Positions 46,318-54,984 of a DNA stretch of 64,000 nt are shown piece by piece (position 1 is the stretch's first letter; the number at the start of each line of letters is the position of its first letter). Origin of the DNA: Nostoc sp. (GTDB lineage: Bacteria > Cyanobacteriota > Cyanobacteriia > Cyanobacteriales > Nostocaceae); assembly GCA_036918135.1 (NCBI GenBank), contig JBALDB010000054.1:32001-96000 (forward strand), in the 5' to 3' direction. A model generated the notes under the pieces. That model was not told where the DNA came from. It was given only the letters and a program-made list of their open reading frames with translations, and ran no database searches. Position numbers and translations under genes: made by a program.

Positions 46318-47613
46318 TTAGACTGCAACTAGATTAGATGCGATCGCCTCATTCAGTAAATGTATAGCTTCTTCGCGGAGCGTTTCTGTTTGGGATCGCA
46401 GCATCACTTGTTCTGAACACACGAGCGTGAAGAATAGCCGATTTCCCAAAGTTGCCACGCCAACTAAGCGATCGTTTTTCACACCTGTAGTCACAACAGG
46501 CCCATATATTGCTTGAAGTTCTAGCTCTCCAAACTGTTGTGCGATGGTCAATCGCGTGAGATTGCTAACAGCTATATCGTAGTCCAACTGGTCTTTAAAA
46601 ACTTGCAAAGCATCATCAGGACTGGGATTGGTAGACAGCCATTCTTGAAGTTGGAAAATCTTCTCAAACAGTTTGTTAGAAGTCATACTTTGCTTGAGCT
46701 GCTGTTTAACAGAACGAGCAACTTCCCAGAAATTGGCATCAGAACTTAACAAGTGCAATGTCCGTTCGGCAGTGATACAAAAACTGACATCTTCCTGGTT
46801 TGCAGATATTAAGTAGGGTCTGAGATTAATCGGTGACGAACAGTTGATGTTCTGCGGCTGTTGTGAATGATTTTGCTGGCGGACTGCTAAGAGAAAGGCA
46901 GCACAAATCGCAGCATGAACACTCGTCTGCTCTTGCTGACAGCGAGCTATGAGTAACCGCGTTGTTTCGGATGAGAGCAAACCAGAACTGACAAATGAAC
47001 GGTTATTTTGCTTCGCAGGTTGTTCAAGCAAGAAGGAATCGCTGATGAACTTAGGGAGCGGCTTTAATAAAGAAACTCTTTCCAGGACTTTGCCAATAAT
47101 TAAGTCCTCTAGTGACGGAGGAACAAATAAGGACTCTCTGAAGGTAGTAGGCGTAGCAATAGCCTGCAAAATATCTCGAATTAAGTAAGTCACAGAGATT
47201 CCATCTGCGATCGAGTGATGACATGTCACAATCAATTCTGATAATTCTACACCATTGCTGGAGTGAACCAAGACCACCCGCACTAACGGAGCTTGCCACC
47301 AAATAAAGGGCGTTGCGATTTCTTGCTCAACTTCTCGCTGCCAGTGTTGTTCGGATTGCCGCTGCACAACCCGCAGTGGAATGTCAGCAGGGTGTTCGAC
47401 AAACCAAGGGTGCTTTGATTCATCTAGAACAATCCGAACTCGCAGGAGTGGATGCCTTTGCTGTACGAGGTGAAGTGCTTGCTGAAGTTGAGGAACCGTG
47501 AATTTTCCTTTGATTTGGGCAGTGAGAGCAAAATGTAAAGGATGAGCTCGGTCGTGGAGCCAGAAAATTTGCTCTCCGGCTCCCAGAGGGCGATAGACAT
47601 TGACAGATTGCAT
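46318..47613 (-). CDS. stand-alone condensation-domain / alcohol acyltransferase (PapA5-like)
   Basis: RPLGAGE, QRHPLLR, PLVRVVL, HHSIADG, SPINLR, SNL. Likely start MQSVNVY. Confidence 0.85.
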   Translation of the reverse strand: MQSVNVYRPLGAGEQIFWLHDRAHPLHFALTAQIKGKFTVPQLQQALHLVQQRHPLLRVRIVLDESKHPWFVEHPADIPLRVVQRQSEQHWQREVEQEIATPFIWWQAPLVRVVLVHSSNGVELSELIVTCHHSIADGISVTYLIRDILQAIATPTTFRESLFVPPSLEDLIIGKVLERVSLLKPLPKFISDSFLLEQPAKQNNRSFVSSGLLSSETTRLLIARCQQEQTSVHAAICAAFLLAVRQQNHSQQPQNINCSSPINLRPYLISANQEDVSFCITAERTLHLLSSDANFWEVARSVKQQLKQSMTSNKLFEKIFQLQEWLSTNPSPDDALQVFKDQLDYDIAVSNLTRLTIAQQFGELELQAIYGPVVTTGVKNDRLVGVATLGNRLFFTLVCSEQVMLRSQTETLREEAIHLLNEAIASNLVAV

Positions 47614-47680
47614 ATATTTAATCTCCAATACTATTGGGAATGTTTGTTCAAAAAACAATGTTTTCAGCTAAATATCTATT

Positions 47681-47900
47681 TCCATTGAGGCGATTTCATC
47701 AAACAGTTCATGGAGTTGATAAAAGTTTTGACCTTTGACATTCCGCGAGCATATTTAATCTAACTCTTTAAATCGATCGCAGTTGCTAAACTTGGATTCA
47801 GTAAGGTATTCACTTGCGATCGCATTGCTGCGGGAATATCAATTCGTGTTGAGTAGACGAACGATTTAGTGTCCTTTTGCTTAGTGGTTGTTGCAGCTAT
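47681..47900 (-). pseudogene. dps: Dps (DNA-protection ferritin-like protein) pseudogene
   Basis: Manual translation YSTRIDIPAAMRSQVNTLLNPSLATAIDLKS*IKYAR/frameshift/NVKGQNFYQLHELFDEIA. Internal stop, 1-bp deletion in the HWNVKG motif, truncated. Confidence 0.8.
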
Positions 47901-47926
47901 AAGCTTTACTCGTGATATGTGCAATT

Positions 47927-48496
47927 CTAGTTGTTGTAAAAGTTAATGCGTCCATAGCCTAAGAACTGACCCAACCCATTGTTCCCTGCTGGATATGCGG
48001 TCACACCAAACAGATAAACACCATCCAAACTGGGATTTTTCTGGGCTGCAAGTGCAACTGTAACAGTACTACCAGGTTGCACAGGTCGATCGAACACAAC
48101 GATCGCTTCACCTGAGTTGGAAGACCGATCGTTGCCGCCAATACTGGCTAATCGGATTTCAGAACCTGCTGCAAACCGCTCGCTAGCAAAGGCTTTGCTG
48201 TTGTTGATATCAAATTTGACTGTTTCTAGATTTTTCGCCTGAGCAATTTTAACTGCTTTCAAAGGTTGTCCTACGTCTTTAGGAACGGTAAGTGTGAATT
48301 CATAAGTAGAGGATGTGTCTCTTGCAGTTTGAGGGGCAGCAGCCCGAATTAATTGTGGAGGGTGATTAAATAAGGTTTGCTCAGATTGGTCAATTGAAAT
48401 GCTTTCGGCTTTGGTTGAAGTGTTAGTTGCTGATTGTATAGCAGTGGTGGTAGCGATCGCTAAGGTTACACTGATGACAAGTTTATGAAACTGCAT
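47927..48496 (-). CDS. DUF2808 domain secreted protein
   Basis: Signal peptide; FNHPPQLIRA, YEFTL.VP...PLKAV.I.Q, FDRPVQPG.TVTVAL, NP...GVYLFGVTAYPAG, GQFLGYGR. Confidence 0.85.
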   Translation of the reverse strand: MQFHKLVISVTLAIATTTAIQSATNTSTKAESISIDQSEQTLFNHPPQLIRAAAPQTARDTSSTYEFTLTVPKDVGQPLKAVKIAQAKNLETVKFDINNSKAFASERFAAGSEIRLASIGGNDRSSNSGEAIVVFDRPVQPGSTVTVALAAQKNPSLDGVYLFGVTAYPAGNNGLGQFLGYGRINFYNN

Positions 48497-48714
48497 AATT
48501 AATCTCTTTGAAGTATAAATGGTTAGCTTGGTTAATGCCCTTCGGGCAAGGTATAAAGCAAAGAATTGGCTTTGAAATCAAGATTCGAGCGAGTCAACTA
48601 TTGTTATGGCTTGCTCCTACACCTCACACACCACACTCCACCCGTTCATAGCAAGGATTTCACCTTTACAAGCCTGCCCAGGATTGCTCGTGTTCCTGCA
48701 CATAAATCGCTAAT

Positions 48715-49155
48715 TCATTTGAGTTTTTCGCTGATGCTATCAAGAGGATGGGCTGTTTCTCGTAATTCTCGTACTTCTCGTTGTAAAAAGAAGTTGAGGA
48801 AGGTACGGATTCCAGTAATCGCTGCAAGTTTTGCCACTGCATCCCACGAGGGGGAAATAGCTGTGCCGACGATATCGGCCGCTAAGAGAAATTCCAGCGC
48901 TAAGGCTAACACCACTCCCAGTTCTAAACGGATCGTTTCTTGGAGAACCCGATCGCGTCTCCAGAAACGCAAGATTTTTCGGAGTGTGAGAATTACAGCG
49001 ATCGCAACTGTTAAAATTGCAATGCCTTCCAGAACAACTTTCAAAAACATTGCGAATTCTTGCAATAGTCTTTCTGCCAAAAGCGTCAACCCAGAGGTGT
49101 GTTCTGCACTAGAGGCATCTAAGGCAATGGCTATCCGATAAACTGACATACCCAT
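48715..49155 (-). CDS. DUF1622 domain membrane protein
   Basis: IRLELGVVLALALEFLLAADIVGTAISPSW...IRTFLNFFL.RE. Confidence 0.88.
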   Translation of the reverse strand: MGMSVYRIAIALDASSAEHTSGLTLLAERLLQEFAMFLKVVLEGIAILTVAIAVILTLRKILRFWRRDRVLQETIRLELGVVLALALEFLLAADIVGTAISPSWDAVAKLAAITGIRTFLNFFLQREVRELRETAHPLDSISEKLK

Positions 49156-49161
49156 CTAGGC

Positions 49162-49980
49162 TCATTTGTGCGAGTGAGGATGATACTGGAAATGAGGCAG
49201 TTTGACATTTTTGAAAATACTGGGGTAATCAAAAGTGTGATAAAGTTTTCCAGTCAAAACATCCTGTTGGCCTAGCACGATCAGCCGAAACGCTCCCACT
49301 GCGATCGCCGCACCCATTGGCGGAGCAATCCAATAAATCCACTGATGATGCCAATTTCCACTTATCAGTGCCGGAGCGAAACTCCGCGCTGGATTGAGAC
49401 TTGTTCCCGAAATTGGAGCTTCTTGCCACACCATCCCGGCAATTAATAGCCAAACAACCAAAGGTGTCCAGCGCATCAGCCGATGATGACTGACAAAGAT
49501 AAAAATCGTCAATACCAAAAGAAATGTAATCGTGACTTCTGAGAAAAATACAATCCACAGCGGATAATTCAACCCAGGTAGCGTCATACCGTTACTAACG
49601 CTTCTGGCATAATCTCCCCATAAAGTCACCAGCAGTAACACGGCAGCGATCGCTCCCAAAAACTGCCCGATCGCAAAGCCAACAAAATCTCTAAGGTGCA
49701 TTTTGCCATGTATCCAAAATGCGAGTGAGACACAAGGATTGATGTGAGAACCACTCAATTTACCAATCGGAGAAATGGCTACAATCGCTCCACTTCCAGC
49801 AAAAATTAGTCCCGTAATCAGTCGCCGAATGCTTGAATCAGGCACAAGCTGTTCTATTGGCAAACTGTGCCCAAAGTTAAACACTATTGCACTCAAGCCG
49901 ATGAAAATATTGAAAGCGGCTCCCAGGAATTCTGCAAAGTATTCGCGCCAATGCCACTGATTCTGAACCCTAGAGTGCAT
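49162..49980 (-). CDS. MIP/aquaporin family channel
   Basis: AEFLG, SGSHINPCVSLA, ISGTSLNPARSFAP, WIYWIAP. Confidence 0.92.
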   Translation of the reverse strand: MHSRVQNQWHWREYFAEFLGAAFNIFIGLSAIVFNFGHSLPIEQLVPDSSIRRLITGLIFAGSGAIVAISPIGKLSGSHINPCVSLAFWIHGKMHLRDFVGFAIGQFLGAIAAVLLLVTLWGDYARSVSNGMTLPGLNYPLWIVFFSEVTITFLLVLTIFIFVSHHRLMRWTPLVVWLLIAGMVWQEAPISGTSLNPARSFAPALISGNWHHQWIYWIAPPMGAAIAVGAFRLIVLGQQDVLTGKLYHTFDYPSIFKNVKLPHFQYHPHSHK

Positions 49981-50113
49981 AGTTGGTAAGTGTTGTCAAG
50001 GGACTTGTGTTAGTGCCGAGCGATTAGCTAAAAGAGCAATCGTTAGTGTTCTAGATATTACCAGACACTACTTCCGCCAACAATATTTTGGTGGAAGTAG
50101 TTGACAAGTAAGA

Positions 50114-51169
50114 TTATTCAGGATCGTCCAAAACTGAACTGTGTGCTTGCGGCTCTTCGATACGGTGTTGTGCGTATTTCCGTCGAGCCTTGACGATCTC
50201 TTGATAAACTTTTTTGCGAGCTAAGTTGACGCTACCTAGAGGTTCGTGTTCGGGCAGGGTGTGCCAAGCCATGAACGATAGACCCTCATCCAGTCGCTTC
50301 CGCTCCTCGAAGTCAAATTTCTGAGCGGGAACTGTGATGGTTGCAAGCTTAATAAACGGTGAATCTTCCTCCTTCCACTCGTGCATGGGATTTTCAATGG
50401 GAGTTTTTTCATCGTCAACGTACAGCTGTACCAAGAAGTCAAAGGTTGCATCTTTGCCGTTTTCTGTGAGGTATTCGACGACTGCCTCGCGCAAGTAAGT
50501 CGCGGAAGTAGGGGTTGCACCCGGAGTATCTTGCTCATGAGGTTTTACAGAAAACTTGATGGACACAGAGCCAAGTTTATAAGGAGTAGTACTCCAATAC
50601 TGGATCAGCAGCGGATTTGCCACTTGTTTGCTCGTAACCTCTTTAAGGACTTCAAACGTGGGTTGTAGCGATCGCAGTTCTTCTTCATTTGCCTGACCAA
50701 CGCTTGCTTTTGTTAAGTTGGCAAACCCTTGGGCATCGCGGACAAAGAACACCGGATGATTAATCAGCAAAAAGTCTTGGGTTTCCTGCTCATCATCCAG
50801 CACTTTTTCACCCTCTACCTGTAAGAGTTTAATAGCAAACGCCCGAACATCGGGATCGAGGTCTGACGCGAGTTTACCGCGCTTTTGTGCAGAGGAAGCG
50901 TTGGAGAGCCTCATCCAAAGCGGAAAAGTTTTAGGCTGGGCAAAGACACCGACCTTCAACGATTGCGGAATATCTTCCTCAACTTTGAACTCTCCCCAAA
51001 CTAAGGCATGACTTTTAGGATGGTCTTTTCGCAGGTCTGGGCCTTTCTCGGCTTGAACTTTGAGATCGATATCCACGATCGTATCAGTAGCCGCTTCTTG
51101 GGCAGCAGTGTTCAGTATGGTATCAGTAGCTACTTCTTCGACAGCAGTGGATAGATTAGATTGGCTCAT
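50114..51169 (-). CDS. catalase-related heme protein (small catalase-like family)
   Basis: RKDHPKSH (distal His), WMRLSN, DVRAFAIKL, QDFLLINHPVFF, PIENP..EW, LSF..WH...H.PLGSVN.ARK.VY (proximal Tyr). Confidence 0.88.
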   Translation of the reverse strand: MSQSNLSTAVEEVATDTILNTAAQEAATDTIVDIDLKVQAEKGPDLRKDHPKSHALVWGEFKVEEDIPQSLKVGVFAQPKTFPLWMRLSNASSAQKRGKLASDLDPDVRAFAIKLLQVEGEKVLDDEQETQDFLLINHPVFFVRDAQGFANLTKASVGQANEEELRSLQPTFEVLKEVTSKQVANPLLIQYWSTTPYKLGSVSIKFSVKPHEQDTPGATPTSATYLREAVVEYLTENGKDATFDFLVQLYVDDEKTPIENPMHEWKEEDSPFIKLATITVPAQKFDFEERKRLDEGLSFMAWHTLPEHEPLGSVNLARKKVYQEIVKARRKYAQHRIEEPQAHSSVLDDPE

Positions 51170-51319
51170 GGTTCTTTCTCCTTATTGTGAGTGTTTCAAG
51201 ACTGAGAAAATGAGGGTTACAGATGGGACTTTATAAACCCTAACTAGTTTGTCGATTGCTAGTTTGCAGTGCTGTTTCCTCCAGTGTTGCAATCTATGGG
51301 AACAATGATACTTCCTAAC

Positions 51320-51991
51320 TCATATACCCTCAAACGTGACGTTTTTCTCCACCGCCTCACGGCTTATATGCAAATGATTAGCGGGAAAATCAGGATCGGA
51401 ATAACCAACAGCTAAACCACAAATGATTGATAATTCTGGTGGAATGTTCAACTGGCTGCGGATAATTTCTGGATAAGCTGCTAGCGAAACTTCTACGCAG
51501 GTATCAATGCCGCGAGCTGTTAAGCTCAACACCAGCGTTTGTAAATACATTCCCACACTCAAAGCATCCGCAACACCCAAATCTTGGTGCATACAGACGA
51601 TACCAACCACTGGTGCGCCAAAAAATTCGTAATTACGCAGAAGGGCTAGCTGTCTATTCTCTTTATCGTCACGAGCAATCCCCATAGCTCCATAGACTTG
51701 CGCGCCTAGTTCTTGGCGGTAATGCTGGAAGGCTTCCGGCAGCCCAAAGCTGTAGGGCAGCTGCTGCTTAGCTTGGTTTAGCAAAGCCTCTTGCAGACCA
51801 TCTCGGCGTTCACCTTGGGCAAACACCAACCGCCACGGCTGGATGTTTGAATTTGACGGCGCAAGCTGCGCTAGAGCGAGGGCTTCATCGAGCAAAGCCC
51901 GTGGCACTGGTTGGGATAAGAATTTGCGTGTTGAGTGTCGGTTTTTGATAGCTTGCTCAAGATCAAACATAATTTTATCAACCTTTAGCAA
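51320..51991 (-). CDS. nitroreductase family protein
   Basis: RHSTRKF, APSNSNIQPW, FFGAP, GLAVGY. Confidence 0.92.
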   Translation of the reverse strand: MLKVDKIMFDLEQAIKNRHSTRKFLSQPVPRALLDEALALAQLAPSNSNIQPWRLVFAQGERRDGLQEALLNQAKQQLPYSFGLPEAFQHYRQELGAQVYGAMGIARDDKENRQLALLRNYEFFGAPVVGIVCMHQDLGVADALSVGMYLQTLVLSLTARGIDTCVEVSLAAYPEIIRSQLNIPPELSIICGLAVGYSDPDFPANHLHISREAVEKNVTFEGI

Positions 51992-52081
51992 TAGTTATTT
52001 AAATGTCTAAATCTTTTTGTAAGCTAGAAGCGACTCTGTTACGACGACGTAGTAGAATACTGGCGGCGATCGCTTTGTGAG

Positions 52082-53020
52082 TTAGCTTGCATAAGCAACA
52101 GCAGTGTCAACCATCCATTCCAAAGGTCGTGGCTGAAAATTTAATTCGCGTTTTGCCTTGGCATTCGATGCGCCTCGCATCTGAGTTCCGTAGTAAACGG
52201 CATCCGCACCACCAATTCGCAGAGCATCTTCAACTGATATCTGCGGAGGCGGCGGCGCATTGAGCCATTGGGCAAAAGCAGAGAGCCATTCGCGCACCTC
52301 TAAGGGTCGATCGCCTGCAATCAGATAAATGCCAGGATTACCTCGCTCTGCTGCTGCAACTGTAGCGATTGCCGCATCGTCAATGTGTAACCACGACCAC
52401 ACACCTTCGCCATTCCCGACAATCGGGAATTGTTGCTGGCGCACCTGTCGAGCAACGTCGCCATCGGGGGCAAACCAAGTACCAGGGCCGTAGAAGAAGC
52501 CATAACGCAAGGCAATTCCCTCTAGGTTGGGCGTTTCGAGTAAGCGACGCTCAATTTCAGTGACCGTGCGAGCATCTGCTGCAACTGCGGCTGAAGCATC
52601 TAAAGATAGGGGTGTTTCTTCATCTGCCAATCCTGCACCGGGAACTCCCCAGAATGCGATCGACTGTCTCAAGTAACGACGCACGCCTGCCGCTTGCGCT
52701 GCTGCCAGCACATTAGCACCCCCTTCTTTACGGATGCGAGTGTTCGGGGTTGCTGCGGCACTCATCGACTCGCCTGTGTAGGTTTTGGGTAGAGCGGTGA
52801 GTTGTTCGATAACTACTTCCGGTTGAGCGCGAATTACAGCAGCTTTGACAGCTTCTACATCGAATACATCTGCGATCGCCAATTCCACACCTTGTTCGGC
52901 TAAAGTTTGTGTTTTTTCTGGAGAACGGGTCAACGCAACTACATCATGTCCTTGCGCCAGCAATTGTGCGATTAGCGGACGGCCAATGGCTCCTGTTGCG
53001 CCTGCAACAAAAATTTTCAT
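52082..53020 (-). CDS. NAD-dependent epimerase/dehydratase family protein
   Basis: MKIFVAGATGAIG, LRYGFFYGPG, WLHIDDAA, SNAKAKREL. The ORF extends to 53050. Confidence 0.9.
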   Translation of the reverse strand: MKIFVAGATGAIGRPLIAQLLAQGHDVVALTRSPEKTQTLAEQGVELAIADVFDVEAVKAAVIRAQPEVVIEQLTALPKTYTGESMSAAATPNTRIRKEGGANVLAAAQAAGVRRYLRQSIAFWGVPGAGLADEETPLSLDASAAVAADARTVTEIERRLLETPNLEGIALRYGFFYGPGTWFAPDGDVARQVRQQQFPIVGNGEGVWSWLHIDDAAIATVAAAERGNPGIYLIAGDRPLEVREWLSAFAQWLNAPPPPQISVEDALRIGGADAVYYGTQMRGASNAKAKRELNFQPRPLEWMVDTAVAYAS

Positions 53021-53066
53021 TTGCGAACCTCCTATTAAAGCTGTAAACATTTACATTTTGTTTAAC

Positions 53067-53453
53067 TTATGCTATAGCGGCTTTCATTACATCAGTGTCG
53101 ATGTAAACTTCTAGTCGCACAATTTTCTCTTTTTGAATTGTCCAGATATGAGCTAGGTTACAACTAAATTTTTTTCCAGTTTGCTTTGCTACGCCACTCG
53201 TTTTGCCAATCGCAACGGTTTTATCGCCAGCTTGAATGTAATTAGATATCTCGACTGAAGAATCAATCAAAGGAGAAAACTTGGAGAAAAAAACCTTGCT
53301 CTCATCAAAGCCACAATAGTGACCGCCCCAAGGGAGTTCTTCAGTTTGATAAAACTCAACATCAGGAGACATTAAAGAAAAATAACTAGGAACATCTTTT
53401 TCGTTCAGGTAAATGTAGGCCTGCTTGACAATTTCTAGAGAGTTTACTGGCAT
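53067..53453 (-). CDS. SnoaL-like / NTF2 family protein
   Basis: LPWGGHYCG, AGDKTVAIG, TGKKF...AHIWT....IVRLEVYIDT. Confidence 0.88.
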   Translation of the reverse strand: MPVNSLEIVKQAYIYLNEKDVPSYFSLMSPDVEFYQTEELPWGGHYCGFDESKVFFSKFSPLIDSSVEISNYIQAGDKTVAIGKTSGVAKQTGKKFSCNLAHIWTIQKEKIVRLEVYIDTDVMKAAIA

Positions 53454-53682
53454 ACTTTAGCATCCTTTAAACATCATAGAATCTGTTATTAAAGCAAATC
53501 TTTATTGATTTGCGATCGCATTTGGCTTCTGACAAAAATATTTTCTGTACTTACCAAGAGAATCGGTAATCCAATAGATACTTGTACAATTGCTTCATTC
53601 GTCTAATTATTACTCACTACATTCAAGATGAACAAAACAAGCGTTACTGCAATCACTATCACAGGGAAGCAAGGCATCATTT

Positions 53683-54114
53683 CTAATATTTCAAGTTCCC
53701 ATTTTCGTTGCGGATTCCTTTAATCTCTATTTTGCTTAAGACCGCTTCTTGTCTATTAATTTTGGCGCAGGTACCAATTAATTCATTACCTACAACTGTC
53801 GCACTATAGCAACTAGCTTGGAAAGAAGCAGGAGAATTTCTACCATTATCTACTAAAAATCCATCTTGATTGTCTATTCCTCTTAATACAATATGAGCTT
53901 TATTTTCCGTACCATCTATTTTTTTACAAATAGCATAAAGCACATTTGATTTTATACTCATATTTCTGCAAGTATATTGGAAAGTACTAGGGGAACGCGC
54001 AAAAGCAGGACTTGCTACTGTGGCTGTTAGTAAAGTTAGACCAACAACAGCAGTAATACGAAAATAAAATTGTTCAAAATTACTTGTTCTCTTGGTTATA
54101 GTTGTTGTCGTCAT
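53683..54114 (-). CDS. secreted CVNH (cyanovirin-N homology) lectin
   Basis: Signal peptide ending PAFA, then two repeats: STFQYTC...LYAIC...IDNQDGFL and SFQASC...LIGTC...IRNENGNL. Confidence 0.85.
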   Translation of the reverse strand: MTTTTITKRTSNFEQFYFRITAVVGLTLLTATVASPAFARSPSTFQYTCRNMSIKSNVLYAICKKIDGTENKAHIVLRGIDNQDGFLVDNGRNSPASFQASCYSATVVGNELIGTCAKINRQEAVLSKIEIKGIRNENGNLKY

Positions 54115-54608
54115 GTGTTTTCTCCTTGAGCAATAATATGACTTATACTAATTCTCCAAAATGGAGCAACAAATATAAGCTTTAAAACTTTGATTGACTC
54201 TGAGTAATTCATAAATTGGGTAGTCTGTTAAGGCTCTATTTTTAGACATAAATCATTCCTCTGGCTTCTTATACTGCCTAACGAGTATTAATTGAATTTG
54301 AAATGTCTATATACTTAGAGTTATTGAAACATAATCAATTTAGATGTGAGATATCACAGTTCAGATAACATATATTGTTTATCTGATGACGTGAAACTTC
54401 AGTTCTATAAATCTATGGGTGTAGGTAAATTGAAATTATGCAGCTAGTGAGAAAAAATTTCTTTATACATCGTCGTAGCGCACAGGAGCGGTAACAGCCT
54501 TCTTCTACAGTAAGCTTTTTATTGAAGATGGCGAATTGTAACTTTGAGTTCTAATTGGGGAAGATAATAACTTTACTACAAAACACTCTGTGTATTCATA
54601 CTCTTTTT

Positions 54609-54743
54609 TACAGCAGTTTTCATTTGCATGAAGTACAAAGTTACGGGTTTTGAGGCAGGAGGCAGGAGGCAGAAGGTAGAAACTCTTTATATTTGATGAA
54701 TCAGTCCTACATTTTGTACCTCACTCACTTGCAATCTGCTTTA
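54609..54743. mobile_element. miniature inverted-repeat element with GGCAGGA heptamers
   Basis: Ends TACAGCAGTTTTCATTTGCATGAAGTACA / TGTACCTCACTCACTTGCAATCTGCT. Confidence 0.55.
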
Positions 54744-54984
54744 AACCAAGTATTGACTTTGAAGATAGTCTCTAATGAATTTAAACAAAAAGATAGCTCA
54801 AATAAATTACAGTTATCAACAGTCTAAAACACTGCTATCTGTCAACTCATCTTGTAAAGAAAATCTAATATTTATTTGCAATTGCTGAGTAATCTACTGT
54901 AATCTTTATGCTTAAAGTATTTTGTTGATGTGGGAACTGCGCTGAACATTTTTGTTCGAGCATCGCTGGAGGCAAGACAGCAAG

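Noticed and set aside
48566..49141. 191-aa plus-strand ORF
   Set aside because: Antisense to the well-supported DUF1622 gene.
37026..54114. Integron-type cassette array
   Set aside because: The genes are co-oriented, but no integron integrase or repeated attC-like element could be seen between them.
54345..54358. Palindrome TGTGAGATATCACA as a CRP site
   Set aside because: The spacer is 4 nt rather than the 6 nt of a CRP box; it may bind another factor but cannot be assigned.
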